From positions 20,956,001-21,020,000 of the forward strand of contig JBHGNT010000014.1 in assembly GCA_043228905.1 (NCBI GenBank): a DNA stretch of 64,000 bases. The letters run 5' to 3'. A program made the position numbers and the translations under genes. The DNA comes from Azolla caroliniana (lineage: Eukaryota; Plantae; Polypodiophyta). The notes under the pieces were generated by a model. The model ran no database searches. It saw nothing but the letters and a program-made list of their open reading frames with translations, and was not told the DNA's origin. Shown here piece after piece: positions 62,801 to 64,000 of this stretch; the stretch's first letter is position 1; every line of letters starts with the position of its first letter.

Positions 62801-64000
62801 CGTGTGATATCGGATTTTTGTGTTCAAACATGCGAATCGAAGCTAACAATGCTAGCTATGATATGGAATTAAAAAATCAAGATTTTGAAACTCAGGTCGA
62901 GAGACATGACGAAATTACCAAACATGAGGAGGGAGTTCAGAGGAGCCCTTGAGTAAATTAAAATGTTCATACCTGGCTCGTGTGATATCGGATTTTTGTG
63001 TTCAAACATGCGAATCGAAGCTAACAACGCTAGCTATGATATGGAATTAAAAAATCAAGATTTTGAAACTCAGGTCGAGAGACATGACGAAATTACCAAA
63101 TTTGAGGAGTGAGTTGGGAAGAGCTCGTTGATAGATTAAAATGTTCATACCTGGCTCGTGTGATATCGGATTTTTGTGTTCAAACATGCGACTCGAAGCT
63201 AACAATGCTAGCTATGATATGGAATTAAAAAATCAAGATTTTGAAACTCAGGTCAAGAGACATGAAGAAATTACCAAACATGAGGAGGGAGTTCAGAGGA
63301 GCCCTTGAGTAAATTAAAATGTTCATACCTGGCTCGTGTGATATCGGATTTCTGTGTTGAAGCACGCGAATCGAAGCTAACAACGCTAGCTATGATATGG
63401 AATTACAAAATCAAGATTTTGAAACTCAGGTCGAGAGATATGACGAAATTACCAAATTTGAGGAGTGAGTTGGGAAGAGCTTGTAGGTAAATTAAAATGT
63501 TCATACCTGGCTCGTGTGATATCGGATTTTTGTGTTCAAACATGCGAATCGAAGCTAACAACGCTAGCTATGATATGGAATTAAAAAATCAAGATTTTGA
63601 AACTCAGGTCGAGAGATATGACGAAATTACCAAATTTGAGGAGTGAGTTGGGAAGAGCTTGTAGGTAAATTAAAATGTTCATACCTGGCTCGTGTGATAT
63701 CGGATTTTTGTGTTCAAACATGCGAATCGAAGCTAACAACGCTAGCTACGATATGGAATTAAAAAATCAAGATTTTGAAACTCAGGTCAAGAGACATGAC
63801 GAAATTACCAAACATGAGGAGGGAGTTCAGAGGAGCCCTTGAGTAAATTAAAATGTTCATACCTGGCTCGTGTGATATCGGATTTCTGTGTTGAAGCACG
63901 CGAATCGAAGCTAACAATGCTAGCTATGATATGGAATTAAAAAATCAAGATTTTGAAACTCAGGTCGAGAGATATGACGAAATTACCAAATTTGAGGAGT

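Larger units (their letters stand above)
36744..64000. repeat. 178-bp tandem satellite array, right block (about 153 monomers, continues beyond window); sub-family A to about 50.5 kb, mostly sub-family B after
   Basis: Same monomer and orientation as the left block; CGAATC at 63723 and 63901 (178 bp). Confidence 0.97.

Noticed and set aside
9500-63490. Satellite ORFs, including an LRR-like look (LPNSLLKFGNFVMSLDLSF / VTSLDLS)
   Set aside because: 178 is not a multiple of 3, stops occur in almost every monomer, the conserved LRR Asn is absent and the period is not 72 bp; most likely coincidence.
6454-64000. CRISPR array, 5S rDNA or tRNA tandem array
   Set aside because: No unique spacers and no recognisable 5S, tRNA or A/B-box sequence; whole monomers repeat.
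6454-64000. Identity with Arabidopsis CEN178
   Set aside because: Same length, but I see no similarity to the CEN178 sequence I recall; needs an alignment to confirm.

Overview
Land-plant genomic DNA (taxon not determinable from sequence) at the edge of a large satellite array. 1-3 kb: an intact 4-exon MEE59-like gene. 3.3-4.9 kb: hAT-type non-autonomous elements. 5.2-6.45 kb: a decayed Ty3/gypsy remnant in which an aspartic-protease domain follows the integrase, and which is cut off by the satellite. 6.45-64 kb: a head-to-tail 178-bp satellite (about 290 monomers, running off the window end) that I do not recognise as Arabidopsis CEN178. Its monomer splits into two colinear 89-bp halves, it carries 7-, 13-, 17- and 21-monomer duplications, and it switches to a more homogeneous sub-family at about 50.5 kb. 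A young, intact Ty1/copia element (31287-36743, GAGAA target-site duplication, LTRs differing at 2 sites) interrupts the array in register. A centromeric role is plausible but is inference only. All coordinates and offsets were read by eye.
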